A DNA stretch of 64,000 nt from Thalassobaculum sp. GTDB lineage: Bacteria > Pseudomonadota > Alphaproteobacteria > Thalassobaculales > Thalassobaculaceae. The position numbers and the translations under genes are program-made. The stretch is taken from assembly GCF_965223715.1 (NCBI RefSeq), contig NZ_OZ245012.1, positions 97,369 through 161,368 on the forward strand, given 5' to 3'. Below the pieces are notes generated by a model. That model worked only from the letters and a program-made list of their open reading frames with translations. It did not search any database and was not told the origin of the DNA. Positions 55,167-64,000 of the stretch are shown here, one piece after another (the first letter of the stretch is position 1; every line of letters starts with the position of its first letter).

Positions 55167-56069
55167 ATGGTCGACACACTCTCAGATCGGGCTACGCAGT
55201 CCCGCCATCCGGCGCCGGGCGCGCTGCTTGAGCTGCTGAAGCCGATCACCTGGTTCGCCCCCATGTGGGCCTTCATGTGCGGCGTGGTCTCCTCCGGTGT
55301 TCCGATCCTGGAGGCCTGGCCGATGCTGGTGCTCGGCGCCCTGTTGGCGGGCCCCCTGGTCTGCGGCACCAGCCAGGCGGTGAACGACTGGTTCGACCGG
55401 CACGTGGACGCGATCAACGAGCCGAACCGTCCGATCCCGTCGGGCCGCGTTCCCGGCCGCTGGGGCCTCTATGTGGGCATCGTGTGGTCCGCCGTCTCCC
55501 TGGCCGTGGCCACGCTGCTCGGGGTCTGGGTGGTGGCGGCGGTCTGCGTCGGCCTGGTCCTGGCCTGGCTGTACAGCGCCCCGCCGATCCGGCTGAAGGG
55601 CAACGGCTGGTTCGGCTGTCTTGCCGTCGGGCTCTGCTACGAGGGGCTGCCCTGGTTCACCGGCACGGCGGCGATGATCGGCGGCCTGCCCGAGACGCCC
55701 GTCCTGCTGATGGCGGGGCTCTACAGCCTGGGCGCTTTCGGCATCATGACGCTCAACGATTTCAAGGCGGTGGAAGGCGATCAGGCGCTCGGCGTCCGCT
55801 CCCTGCCGGTCCAACTCGGCGTAAAGCCGGCCGCCTGGCTGGCCTGCGTGGTCATGGCGGTGCCACAGGTCGCCGTCAGCGCCCTGCTGTTCTCCTGGGG
55901 TGCCGCCCTGGCCGGGTCGATGGTCGCCGCCCTGCTGGCGGTCCAGGTCGTGCTGATGGTGCGGGTGCTGGAAAACCCACGGGCCTATGCGGCCTGGTAC
56001 AACGCCACCGGGACGACGCTCTACGTCCTGGGCATGCTGGCCAGCGCCGTCGCGCTGCGCGGGCTCTAG
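55167..56069 (+). CDS. bchG: Bacteriochlorophyll synthase BchG (UbiA family)
   Basis: 300 aa. NDWFDRHVDAINEPNRPIPSGRV UbiA motif. Confidence 0.93.
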   Translation: MVDTLSDRATQSRHPAPGALLELLKPITWFAPMWAFMCGVVSSGVPILEAWPMLVLGALLAGPLVCGTSQAVNDWFDRHVDAINEPNRPIPSGRVPGRWGLYVGIVWSAVSLAVATLLGVWVVAAVCVGLVLAWLYSAPPIRLKGNGWFGCLAVGLCYEGLPWFTGTAAMIGGLPETPVLLMAGLYSLGAFGIMTLNDFKAVEGDQALGVRSLPVQLGVKPAAWLACVVMAVPQVAVSALLFSWGAALAGSMVAALLAVQVVLMVRVLENPRAYAAWYNATGTTLYVLGMLASAVALRGL

Positions 56070-56081
56070 GAGGAGGTCGCC

Positions 56082-57419
56082 ATGGCGCCGGCGCTGGGAT
56101 GGATGGGCATTCTGCGGCTGGGCCTGGTACAGACCGCGCTCGGCGCCGTGGTGGTGATCTCCACCTCAACCCTGAACCGGGTGATGGTGGTCGAACTGGC
56201 GCTGCCGGCCATGGTGCCGGGCCTGCTGGTCGCCGCCCACTACGCCGTGCAGATCCTGCGGCCGCGCTGGGGCTACGGCTCCGATGCCGGCGGCCGGCGC
56301 ACCCCCTGGATCATCGGCGGCATGGCCATTCTCAGCATCGGCGGGGCCGGGGCGGCCCTGGCGACCGCCTGGATGTCCGTCGATCCGGTGTTCGGACTCG
56401 TCGGTGCGGCGCTCGCGTTCCTGATGATCGGCGCCGGGGTCGGGGCGGCGGGCACCTCGCTGCTGGTGCTGCTCGCCACCGAGGTGGCGCCGGAGCGGCG
56501 GCCGGCGGCCGCCACGCTCGTCTGGCTGATGATGATCGCCGGTTTCGCGGTTACCGCAGGGACCCTGGGTGCGCTGCTCGACCCCTATTCGCCGCAGCGG
56601 CTGGTCGGACTCGTCGCGGCGGCGTCGGTCCTCGCCTTCGCGGTCGCCACCCTGGCGGTCTGGGGGGTGGAGCGCGCCCGGCGGGTTCCGGTCGACGCGA
56701 CCCCGGCGCCGCCGTTCCGCGCCGCCCTGGCCGAGGCCTGGCGTGATGCGACCGTGCGGCGCTTCTCCGTCTTCGTCTTCCTCTCCATGCTCGCCTACAG
56801 CGCCCAGGACCTGATCCTGGAGCCTTACGCCGGGCTGGTCTTCGGCTTCACGCCCGGACAGTCCACCGCCCTGTCGGGCGTCCATCACGGCGGCGTCCTG
56901 CTGGGCATGATCGCGGTGGGGGCGGTGTGCACCCTGCTGGGCCGGCGGCGGATCGGCACGCTCGGCGCCTGGGTCGTCGGCGGCTGCCTGTGCTCCGGCG
57001 TGGCGATGTTCGGACTGGTTCTGGCCGCCAGCGCTCCGGAGCTCTGGCCGCTGCGGCTCAACGTCTTCGTGCTGGGCGTGTCCAACGGCGCCTTCGCCGT
57101 CGCCGCCATCGCCATGATGATGTCCATCGCCGCCGGCGGTCAGGCGCGGCGGGAGGGGACGCGGATGGGGGTCTTCGGGGCTGCCCAGGCGATCGCCTTC
57201 GGGCTCGGCGGGTTCCTCGGCGCGGTCTCGGTGGATGTGGCGCGGCTCGCCCTCGACTCGATCCCCGTCGCCTACGGCATCGTCTTTGCGGTCGAGGCCG
57301 GCCTGTTCATGGTTTCGGGCCTTCTGGCCCTGCGTCTGGGCCGGACCGACGGCGAGTCGGCGCAGGGGATCGACCGGCTCACCCTCGGGCGCGGCGTGAT
57401 CGCCGGCGTGGTCAGATAG
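56082..57419 (+). CDS. PucC/LhaA-family (BCD) MFS protein in the bch2/orf428 position between bchG and bchP
   Basis: 445 aa. LVQTALGAVVVISTSTLNRVMVVELALPA signature shared with lhaA in this window. Confidence 0.85.
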   Translation: MAPALGWMGILRLGLVQTALGAVVVISTSTLNRVMVVELALPAMVPGLLVAAHYAVQILRPRWGYGSDAGGRRTPWIIGGMAILSIGGAGAALATAWMSVDPVFGLVGAALAFLMIGAGVGAAGTSLLVLLATEVAPERRPAAATLVWLMMIAGFAVTAGTLGALLDPYSPQRLVGLVAAASVLAFAVATLAVWGVERARRVPVDATPAPPFRAALAEAWRDATVRRFSVFVFLSMLAYSAQDLILEPYAGLVFGFTPGQSTALSGVHHGGVLLGMIAVGAVCTLLGRRRIGTLGAWVVGGCLCSGVAMFGLVLAASAPELWPLRLNVFVLGVSNGAFAVAAIAMMMSIAAGGQARREGTRMGVFGAAQAIAFGLGGFLGAVSVDVARLALDSIPVAYGIVFAVEAGLFMVSGLLALRLGRTDGESAQGIDRLTLGRGVIAGVVR

Positions 57420-57429
57420 GAGGCCGAGC

Positions 57430-58611
57430 ATGGCAGTCCGGGCAGTCTTCGATGCGGTGGTGGTGGGCGGTGGACCGTCCGGTGCGACGGCGGCCGAGGC
57501 CCTGGCCCGTGCCGGTCGCTCCGTCGTCCTGCTGGACCGGGACGGGCGGATCAAGCCCTGCGGCGGGGCCATTCCCCCCCGGCTGGTGCGCGATTTCGCG
57601 ATCCCCGACACCCTGATCGTCGCCCGGGCGCGCGGCGCGCGGATCGTCGCCCCCTCGGCCCGCACCGTGGATATGCCGATCGACGGCGGCTATGTGGGCA
57701 TGGTCGACCGGGAACATTTCGACGAGGCGCTGCGCAAACGCGCCGCCCGCGCCGGGGCCGAGCGCCGGACTGGGACCTACGACCACATCACCCGCCGCGG
57801 CGACGGCACCGTGACCGTGCACTACCGCGACCGGCAGTCCGACGTGCTGACCTCGGTCGATGCCCGGGTGGTGATCGGCGCCGACGGCGCACGCTCCCAG
57901 GTTGCCCGCCAGGAGGTGCCCGGCGGCGGCAGGGTGAAATGCGTCTTCGCCTATCACGAGATCATCGACACGCCCGACGGCATCGCCGACGACCGCTGCG
58001 ACGTCTACTACCAGCGCGACCTGTCGCCGGATTTCTATGCCTGGATCTTCCCCCATGGCCGCACCGCCAGCGTCGGCACCGGCAGCATGCAGAAGGGCTT
58101 TCCCCTGCGCCAGGCGACGGCGGCGCTGCGCGAACGCTCGGGCCTGTCCGGGGCGGCGACGATCCGCTGCGAGGGGGCGCCGATTCCGTTGAAGCCGCTG
58201 AAGCGCTGGGACAACGGCCGCGACGTGGTGCTGGCCGGCGACGCCGCCGGCACCGTGGCCCCGGCCTCGGGCGAGGGGATCTACTACGCCATGGTCGGCG
58301 GCCAGATGGCGGCCGATGCGGCCCTGGGTTTCCTGGAGACCGGCGACGCGCGCGCCCTGGCCGGAGCGCGGAAGACCTTCATGAAGGCCCATGGCCGGGT
58401 GTTCTGGGTGCTCGGGATCCTGCAGGCCTTCTGGTACACGACCGACCGGCGGCGCGAGCGCTTCGTCAGCATCTGCGCCGATCCGGACGTCCAGCGACTG
58501 ACCTGGCAGTCCTACATGAACAAGGAACTGGTCCGCTCCGACCCGCTCGCCCATCTGCGGATCTTCCTGAAGGACTCGGCCCATCTGCTGGGCCTGGCCC
58601 GGGTGCGGTGA
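57430..58611 (+). CDS. bchP: Geranylgeranyl diphosphate/bacteriochlorophyll reductase BchP
   Basis: 393 aa. VVVGGGPSGATAAEAL FAD motif, GDAAGTVAPASGEGIYYAM. Confidence 0.93.
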   Translation: MAVRAVFDAVVVGGGPSGATAAEALARAGRSVVLLDRDGRIKPCGGAIPPRLVRDFAIPDTLIVARARGARIVAPSARTVDMPIDGGYVGMVDREHFDEALRKRAARAGAERRTGTYDHITRRGDGTVTVHYRDRQSDVLTSVDARVVIGADGARSQVARQEVPGGGRVKCVFAYHEIIDTPDGIADDRCDVYYQRDLSPDFYAWIFPHGRTASVGTGSMQKGFPLRQATAALRERSGLSGAATIRCEGAPIPLKPLKRWDNGRDVVLAGDAAGTVAPASGEGIYYAMVGGQMAADAALGFLETGDARALAGARKTFMKAHGRVFWVLGILQAFWYTTDRRRERFVSICADPDVQRLTWQSYMNKELVRSDPLAHLRIFLKDSAHLLGLARVR

Positions 58612-58615
58612 GGGG

Positions 58616-58897
58616 ATGGCGATGGTCGAGGCGCTGTTCGTGGAAGGACGGATCTACGACCTGATCCTTCTGGTCCTGGCGCTGGAGGGAGCGTTCCTGT
58701 GGGGACGCTGGCGGCTGACGGGGCGGGGGCCCCGGCCGTCGCGGCTGATCCCGTTCCTGCTGTCCGGTGCCGCCCTGGTGGCGGCGGCCCGGGCCGCGTC
58801 GCTGGAGGCGGCCTGGCCCTGGATCGCCGGCTTCCTGGCCTGCGCCTTTGCCGCCCACATCGTCGAACTGCATCACCGCTGGCGCGTGCGGACCTGA
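58616..58897 (+). CDS. Hypothetical small membrane protein (orf93) between bchP and dxs
   Basis: 93 aa, three predicted hydrophobic helices, G/C-ending codons throughout. Starts 5 nt after the bchP stop. Confidence 0.5.
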   Translation: MAMVEALFVEGRIYDLILLVLALEGAFLWGRWRLTGRGPRPSRLIPFLLSGAALVAAARAASLEAAWPWIAGFLACAFAAHIVELHHRWRVRT

Positions 58898-58926
58898 CGC
58901 GCGGTTGACCAACCGAGGAGAGTGAC

Positions 58927-60858
58927 ATGGCCGATACGCGAACGCCGCTTCTGGACCGGGTCACTTTCCCTGGGGATTTGCGCGGTTTCAGCCCGGTCGA
59001 GCTCAAGCAGCTCGCCGACGAGCTGAGGCAAGAGACCGTCGACGCCGTCTCGGTCACCGGCGGGCACCTGGGCGCCGGCCTTGGCGTGGTCGAGCTGACG
59101 GTGGCGCTGCACCACGTCTTCGACACGCCCAACGACAAGATCATCTGGGATGTCGGCCACCAGGCCTATCCCCACAAGATCCTGACCGGTCGCCGCGACC
59201 GCATCCGAACGCTACGTCAGGGGGGAGGGCTGTCCGGTTTCACCAAGCGGTCTGAAAGCGAGTACGACCCGTTCGGTGCCGCCCACTGCTCCACCTCCAT
59301 CTCCGCCGGGCTCGGCATGGCCACGGCCCGCGACCTGAAGGGCGACGAATTCGACGTTGTGGCGGTGATCGGCGACGGCTCGATGAGCGCCGGCATGGCC
59401 TATGAAGCCATGAACAATGCCGGCGCGTCCGACAGTCGGATGCTGGTGATCCTGAACGACAACGAGATGTCCATCGCCCCGCCGGTCGGCGCGATGAGCG
59501 CCTATCTCTCCCAGATCGTCGCCTCGCGCTCCTACTGCACCCTGCGGGAGCTGGCCAAGCAGATGGCCAAGCGGTTTCCCCGGGCGCTGGAGAAGACAGC
59601 GGCCCGGGCAGAAGAGTTCGCCCGCGGGCTGGTGACCGGCGGCACCCTGTTCGAGGAGCTGGGATTCTTCTATGTCGGCCCGGTGGACGGGCACAATCTC
59701 GACCACCTTCTGCCGATCCTGCGCAAGCTGCGCGGCCGGCGCCACGGCCCGGTCCTGCTGCACGTGATCACCGAGAAGGGGCGGGGACATCCGTTCCCCG
59801 AGGCGCACGCGGAGAAGTACCACGCCGTCGCCAAGTTCGACGTGGTCACCGGCGTGCAGTCCAAGCCCCAGGCCAACGCGCCGACCTATACGCGGGTCTT
59901 CGCCGACAGCTTGATCGCCGAGGCGGAGCGCGACGAGAGCGTCGTGGCGGTCACCGCGGCCATGCCCTCCGGCACCGGCCTCGACCTCTTCGCCAAACGC
60001 TTCCCGGAGCGCTGCTTCGATGTGGGCATCGCCGAGCAGCATGCGGTGACCTTCGCCGCCGGCATGGCGACGGAGGGGCTGAAGCCGTTCGTGGCGATCT
60101 ATTCCACCTTCCTGCAGCGCGCCTATGACCAGGTCGTGCATGACGTGGCCCTGCAGAGCCTGCCGGTGCGCTTCGCCCTGGACCGGGCGGGGCTGGTCGG
60201 GGCCGATGGGGCGACCCATGCGGGATCCTTCGACCTGGCCTATCTCGGCTGCCTGCCGGGTTTCGTGATCATGGCCCCGTCCGACGAGGCGGAGCTGCGG
60301 CACATGGTGGCGACGGCGGCGGCGATCGACGACGGACCGTCCGCCGTGCGCTTCCCGCGCGGCGAGGGCGTCGGTGTCGAGTTGCCGGCTCTCGGCGAGG
60401 TGCTGGAGATCGGCCGCGGCCGGGTCGTGCGGGAGGGCTCGACCATCGCCCTGCTGTCGCTCGGCGGCCGGTTGCAGGAGTGCCTGAAGGCGGCCGATGC
60501 CCTGGCGGCGCGGGGCCTGTCCACCACGGTGGCGGATGCCCGCTTCGCCAAGCCGATCGATACCGACCTGGTCCGCCGCCTGGCGCTGGAACATGAGGTT
60601 CTGATCACCGTGGAGGAGGGGGCGAGCGGCGGCTTCGCCACCCAGGTCCTGCATGACCTGGCGCTCAGCGGTCTGCTCGACCGGGGGCTCGCGGTGCGGC
60701 CGATGACCCTGCCGGACCGGTTCATCGACCACGACAAGCCGGAGCTACAATATGCCCAGGCGGGGCTCGATGCCGCCGCCATCGTGGCGACGGCGGTGGC
60801 GGCCCTGCCTGACCTGCGCGAGCAGCAGCGCTTCGTGCCGGACTCAGCCGGCGACTGA
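58927..60858 (+). CDS. dxs: 1-deoxy-D-xylulose-5-phosphate synthase
   Basis: 643 aa. [42 protein letters not shown] motif. Confidence 0.95.
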   Translation: MADTRTPLLDRVTFPGDLRGFSPVELKQLADELRQETVDAVSVTGGHLGAGLGVVELTVALHHVFDTPNDKIIWDVGHQAYPHKILTGRRDRIRTLRQGGGLSGFTKRSESEYDPFGAAHCSTSISAGLGMATARDLKGDEFDVVAVIGDGSMSAGMAYEAMNNAGASDSRMLVILNDNEMSIAPPVGAMSAYLSQIVASRSYCTLRELAKQMAKRFPRALEKTAARAEEFARGLVTGGTLFEELGFFYVGPVDGHNLDHLLPILRKLRGRRHGPVLLHVITEKGRGHPFPEAHAEKYHAVAKFDVVTGVQSKPQANAPTYTRVFADSLIAEAERDESVVAVTAAMPSGTGLDLFAKRFPERCFDVGIAEQHAVTFAAGMATEGLKPFVAIYSTFLQRAYDQVVHDVALQSLPVRFALDRAGLVGADGATHAGSFDLAYLGCLPGFVIMAPSDEAELRHMVATAAAIDDGPSAVRFPRGEGVGVELPALGEVLEIGRGRVVREGSTIALLSLGGRLQECLKAADALAARGLSTTVADARFAKPIDTDLVRRLALEHEVLITVEEGASGGFATQVLHDLALSGLLDRGLAVRPMTLPDRFIDHDKPELQYAQAGLDAAAIVATAVAALPDLREQQRFVPDSAGD

Positions 60859-61860
60859 CGCCTGCTTTTCCGGGGCGGGGAAGCGCCAAAGGGCTGTGGC
60901 GTTGTCGATCAGGATGCGGTCGCGCAGGCTCTCGTCCTCGCACCACTGGTCCAGCAGCGTGAGAAGCTGGCGCTCGTCCGGCCGCAGCCGGTCCTTGATC
61001 GGGTCGGTGCCGACCAGGCGCGGCCAGTTGCTGCCCCAGACCAGCCGCTCCGGCGCGAAGCGGATCAGCATGCGCGCCAGCCGCTCCACATGGGGATAGC
61101 GCGGGTGCTGCGGGTCGCTCTCCTCGGGGCCTGACAGCTTCACCCAGACCTTGTCGGCGTCGATCAGGCGCAGCAGGGCGCGGAAGCCCGGATCGCGGTC
61201 GCTGACCGGCCCGAGGAAGCAGCCCACATGGTCGAGCACCACCCGACCGGGCCAGCTCCGGATCCGGTCCTCCACCTCCATCAGGAAGCGGCCGTCCATC
61301 TCCAGGTCCACGTCCCAGTTCACCAGGTCGTGCACCCGGGCGGCGATCCGGTCGGTCTCCAGCCAGCCGATCCGCCGCCGCTCCTCGCGCATCTGGAACC
61401 GGGCGGCCACGCAGCCGGCGGCATCCAGATCGCGCAGCTCGCCGTCGCTCACCGAGGGACCGATGGCGGCGACACCGCGCGTCTTCTCGGGGCCGAGCTG
61501 CTCCAGGGCGTCGAGCAGCGCCCGATGATCGAAACCATGGGGGTCCGACTGGACGACGACCGCCCGCTCCAGCCGCAGCCGGCCGCGCAGGCGGATATAT
61601 GCGTCCACCGGATGCAGCGGCGGCCCGTCCTCCTCGTCGACGGCGACGGGAAAGCGCGTGCGGTCCGGAAACACCTGCACATGGCTGTCGCAGCTTCCCG
61701 GTACCGGCGGCGGAACGTCTTCGTCCGGTGCCTGGCTCTCCTCCTCGACGGCGAGCTCCGACAGGCGCTCCTCGAGACTCGGCTTCGGCTCGCTGCCGGG
61801 CGGCGGCGGCAGCTCGTAGAAGGCGGGATCGGAGGGCAGGATCAGCGGCGACTTTGTCAT
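60844..61860 (-). CDS. Amidohydrolase-2 (PF04909-like) family protein with a Pro/Glu-rich N-terminal extension
   Basis: 338 aa. VVLDHVG..., [17 protein letters not shown] motifs. The first ~60 aa are low-complexity ([38 protein letters not shown]). Confidence 0.7.
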   Translation of the reverse strand: MTKSPLILPSDPAFYELPPPPGSEPKPSLEERLSELAVEEESQAPDEDVPPPVPGSCDSHVQVFPDRTRFPVAVDEEDGPPLHPVDAYIRLRGRLRLERAVVVQSDPHGFDHRALLDALEQLGPEKTRGVAAIGPSVSDGELRDLDAAGCVAARFQMREERRRIGWLETDRIAARVHDLVNWDVDLEMDGRFLMEVEDRIRSWPGRVVLDHVGCFLGPVSDRDPGFRALLRLIDADKVWVKLSGPEESDPQHPRYPHVERLARMLIRFAPERLVWGSNWPRLVGTDPIKDRLRPDERQLLTLLDQWCEDESLRDRILIDNATALWRFPAPEKQASVAG

Positions 61861-61884
61861 AACCGTTTATGAAAAGGGGGTATC

Positions 61885-61898
61885 GGCACATATCTTGC
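61885..61898 (+). promoter_or_regulatory. Sigma54-type -24/-12 element (GGCAC-N5-TTGC) upstream of the flagellin gene
   Basis: cGGCACatatcTTGCTa. The GC of the -12 box is only 13 nt from the flagellin ATG. Confidence 0.5.
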
Positions 61899-61910
61899 TA
61901 GCAGAGCTGC

Positions 61911-62756
61911 ATGACCCTGTCGATTCGCACCAATCCGGAATCGCTTGCCGCGCTCAGGAACCTGAACGTGGCCGGGAACCGTGTGGCCGAGCTGGGCCGT
62001 CAGGTGTCGACGGGCCTCAAGGTGCAGGGGGCGAAGGACGACGCCTCCAACTTCGCCATCGCCCAGGGGCTGCGCTCGGACGTGCGGGCGATCAATGCGG
62101 TGATCCAGGGGCTGAACAACGCCAAGGGCATCAACAAGGTGGCCCTGGCCGGCGCCACGGCGGTCTCCGACCTGATGACCTCGATCCGCCAGAAGATCAC
62201 CGAGGCCTCAAACGAGGGCAACACGGCGCAGCAGCAGGAGATCCTGCAGAACGACTATGTCGAGATGGTCGAGCAGATGCGCCAGATCCTGGAGAACAGC
62301 ACCTTCAACGACGTCAACATCCTGATCGAGGTGGCGGTCCCCTTCAACCTGGCGGTCGGGACGGTGCGCGACGTGGACGTCCTGTCGAACCTGGAGGGCG
62401 GCACGTTGCGGCTCGACGGCCAGCGGCTCGACCTCACCTACGCGCTGCTGGCCAACGAGGACGTGTCCTCCCCGGCCAATGCGCTGAACGCGCTGACCAT
62501 CTTCGAGCAGGAGGAGGAGCGGGTCGCCACCGCGCTGGGCAGCCTGGGCGCCAACCTGCGCGCGCTTGACTTCCAGGTCACCCAGCTCCAGGCGACCCTG
62601 GACGCGACGGAGGAGGGGCTCGGCAACATCGTCGATGCGGACATGGCCCGTGCCTCGGCCGAGCTCAACGCCGCCCAGGTGCGCCAGCAGCTCTCAGTCC
62701 AGACCCTGGGCATCGCCAACAACGCGCCGCAGATCGCGCTCGGCCTGTTCCAGTAA
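61911..62756 (+). CDS. Flagellin (short, Caulobacter FljK-like type)
   Basis: 281 aa. N-terminal LSIRTNPESLAALRNLN and C-terminal VDADMARASAELNAAQVRQQLSVQTLGIANNAPQIALGLFQ. Confidence 0.9.
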   Translation: MTLSIRTNPESLAALRNLNVAGNRVAELGRQVSTGLKVQGAKDDASNFAIAQGLRSDVRAINAVIQGLNNAKGINKVALAGATAVSDLMTSIRQKITEASNEGNTAQQQEILQNDYVEMVEQMRQILENSTFNDVNILIEVAVPFNLAVGTVRDVDVLSNLEGGTLRLDGQRLDLTYALLANEDVSSPANALNALTIFEQEEERVATALGSLGANLRALDFQVTQLQATLDATEEGLGNIVDADMARASAELNAAQVRQQLSVQTLGIANNAPQIALGLFQ

Positions 62757-62763
62757 TCGCCGC

Positions 62764-63636
62764 TTAAGGCTCGAACGCGTTGTAGGCCGCCTTGTAGGCC
62801 GGGTCCCAGCGGGACAGGGGCGGGCGGTTCTCGGTGATGTCGCCCGCACCCCACAGGATACGCTTGCGGTCCATCTCCGGCGTCGTCTCGCCGTCCGGGC
62901 ACAGGATGTAGAAGTCCCCCGCCTCCAGCCCGGCCAGCATATGGTCGACCACCTGGTCCGGCAGCCAGGCGCCCGGCTTGTGCTCGCGGTCGCCGGTGGT
63001 GGTCCAACCGGGGATCAGCAGGTGGGCGCTGACCCGGCAGCCCGGCGTGTTGCGCAGGTCGTGCTGCAGCCCTTCGCTGTAGGCCTTCACCGCCGCCTTG
63101 GTGACGTTGTAGGCGGTGTTGCCCGGCGGGTTGGTGATGCCCTGCTTGGACCCGACATTGACCACATGGGCCTTGGCCCCCGCCTCGATCATCGACGGCA
63201 CGAAGCAGCGCACGCCGTTGACCACGCCCCAGAGGTTCACGTCCACCGCCTTGTGCCAGTCGGCGGCAGGGTTCCAGATGCCGCCGCCGACCCGGGTGAC
63301 CGCGTTGTTCATCAGGAAGGACGGGGCGGTGGACACGGCGTTGACCCGCTGGGCGGTACCGCGCATCTCGGCCTCGTCGGACACGTCGCAGGGCAGGGCG
63401 ATCACATGATCGGTCTCCGCCGCATGGCCGGCGACCTCCTCCCGTGCGGCGTCCAGCGGCCGGCCGGGCAGGTCCAGCATGTAGACCCGCATGCCGAGGC
63501 TGGCGAGCCGCGCCGCCGTCGCCTTGCCGATCCCGCTGGCCGCCCCGGTGATGACGGCGGCCTTGTCTCGGGCGATGGCGGGGTGGGGCATGGGCGGGTC
63601 CTCCTGCGTGTCGAGTTTGGCCGCCGAGTATGCCAC
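62764..63636 (-). CDS. SDR-family oxidoreductase
   Basis: 290 aa. AAVITGAASGIGKATA Rossmann motif, YNVTKAAV catalytic motif. Confidence 0.85.
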   Translation of the reverse strand: MAYSAAKLDTQEDPPMPHPAIARDKAAVITGAASGIGKATAARLASLGMRVYMLDLPGRPLDAAREEVAGHAAETDHVIALPCDVSDEAEMRGTAQRVNAVSTAPSFLMNNAVTRVGGGIWNPAADWHKAVDVNLWGVVNGVRCFVPSMIEAGAKAHVVNVGSKQGITNPPGNTAYNVTKAAVKAYSEGLQHDLRNTPGCRVSAHLLIPGWTTTGDREHKPGAWLPDQVVDHMLAGLEAGDFYILCPDGETTPEMDRKRILWGAGDITENRPPLSRWDPAYKAAYNAFEP

Positions 63637-63654
63637 ACCCGGACCCCGCGCCGA

Positions 63655-64000
63655 TCAATCGGCGATGAAACCGGAGGACTGCCGCGCCCAGAGGTCGGCG
63701 TAGAGCCCGCCGCGCTCCAGCAGCTCGCGGTGGGTGCCTTCCTCCACGATCCGGCCGGCATCCATGATGATCAGCCGGTCCATCGCCGCGATGGTGGACA
63801 GACGGTGGGCGATGGCGATCACCGTGCGCCCCTCCATCAGGTTGAAGAGCTGCTCCTGGATCGCCGCCTCGACCTCGCTGTCCAGGGCCGAGGTCGCCTC
63901 GTCGAGCACCAGGATCGGCGCGCGCTTCAGCAGGGCCCGGGCGATGGCGATGCGCTGGCGCTGACCGCCGGACAGTTTCACGCCGCGCTCGCCGACCTGG
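63655..64000 (-). CDS. ABC transporter ATP-binding domain, C-terminal part (5' end outside the window)
   Basis: [16 protein letters not shown] signature and [12 protein letters not shown] Walker B. The frame stays open to the window edge. Confidence 0.85.
   Translation of the reverse strand, partial: QVGERGVKLSGGQRQRIAIARALLKRAPILVLDEATSALDSEVEAAIQEQLFNLMEGRTVIAIAHRLSTIAAMDRLIIMDAGRIVEEGTHRELLERGGLYADLWARQSSGFIAD

Overview
GC-rich (about two-thirds G+C by eye) alphaproteobacterial chromosome segment. The core, about 14.95-60.9 kb, is a complete purple-bacterial photosynthesis gene cluster (PGC) in five blocks on alternating strands. Block 1 is cycA on the minus strand. Block 2 is bchI-bchD-bchO-crtI-crtB-tspO on the plus strand. 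Block 3 is crtD-crtC on the minus strand. Block 4 is crtE-crtF-bchC-bchX-bchY-bchZ-pufQ-pufB-pufA-pufL-pufM-pufC on the plus strand. Block 5 is bchF-N-B-H-L-M-lhaA-puhA-B-C-(bciE-like)-acsF-puhE-hemA-idi on the minus strand, followed by ppaA-ppsR-bchG-(pucC-like)-bchP-orf93-dxs on the plus strand. The left flank (1-14.9 kb) holds a truncated MCP, a stand-alone periplasmic sensor-domain protein, an aspartate aminotransferase, an IlvD/Edd dehydratase, an MFS transporter, radC, map and sfsA, then an SBP5/SDR/CinA-like/enoyl-CoA hydratase group. The right flank holds an amidohydrolase, a Caulobacter-type flagellin, an SDR and a truncated ABC ATPase. I found no rRNA, tRNA, CRISPR array, transposase or integrase. 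pufA (43 aa), a 52-aa ORF after tspO and the edge-truncated MCP are absent from the ORF track; I read them directly from the sequence. Observations worth follow-up: (1) a map of TGT-N12-ACA (PpsR/CrtJ-type) operators, three of them pairs with an identical 8-bp spacer; (2) crtC has no canonical start codon near its conserved N-terminus; (3) a ~490-bp AT-rich islet encodes a secreted Tyr/Ser/Gly-repeat ORFan; (4) a 169-bp tandem repeat carries conserved hairpins; (5) a 26-bp perfect inverted repeat lies after pufC; (6) a sigma54-like promoter sits almost on the flagellin start codon. I see no convincing wholly new multi-gene system. The LH1 alpha sequence resembles that of Rhodospirillum rubrum from memory, which suggests a Rhodospirillales-like phototroph, but this was not verified by any search.
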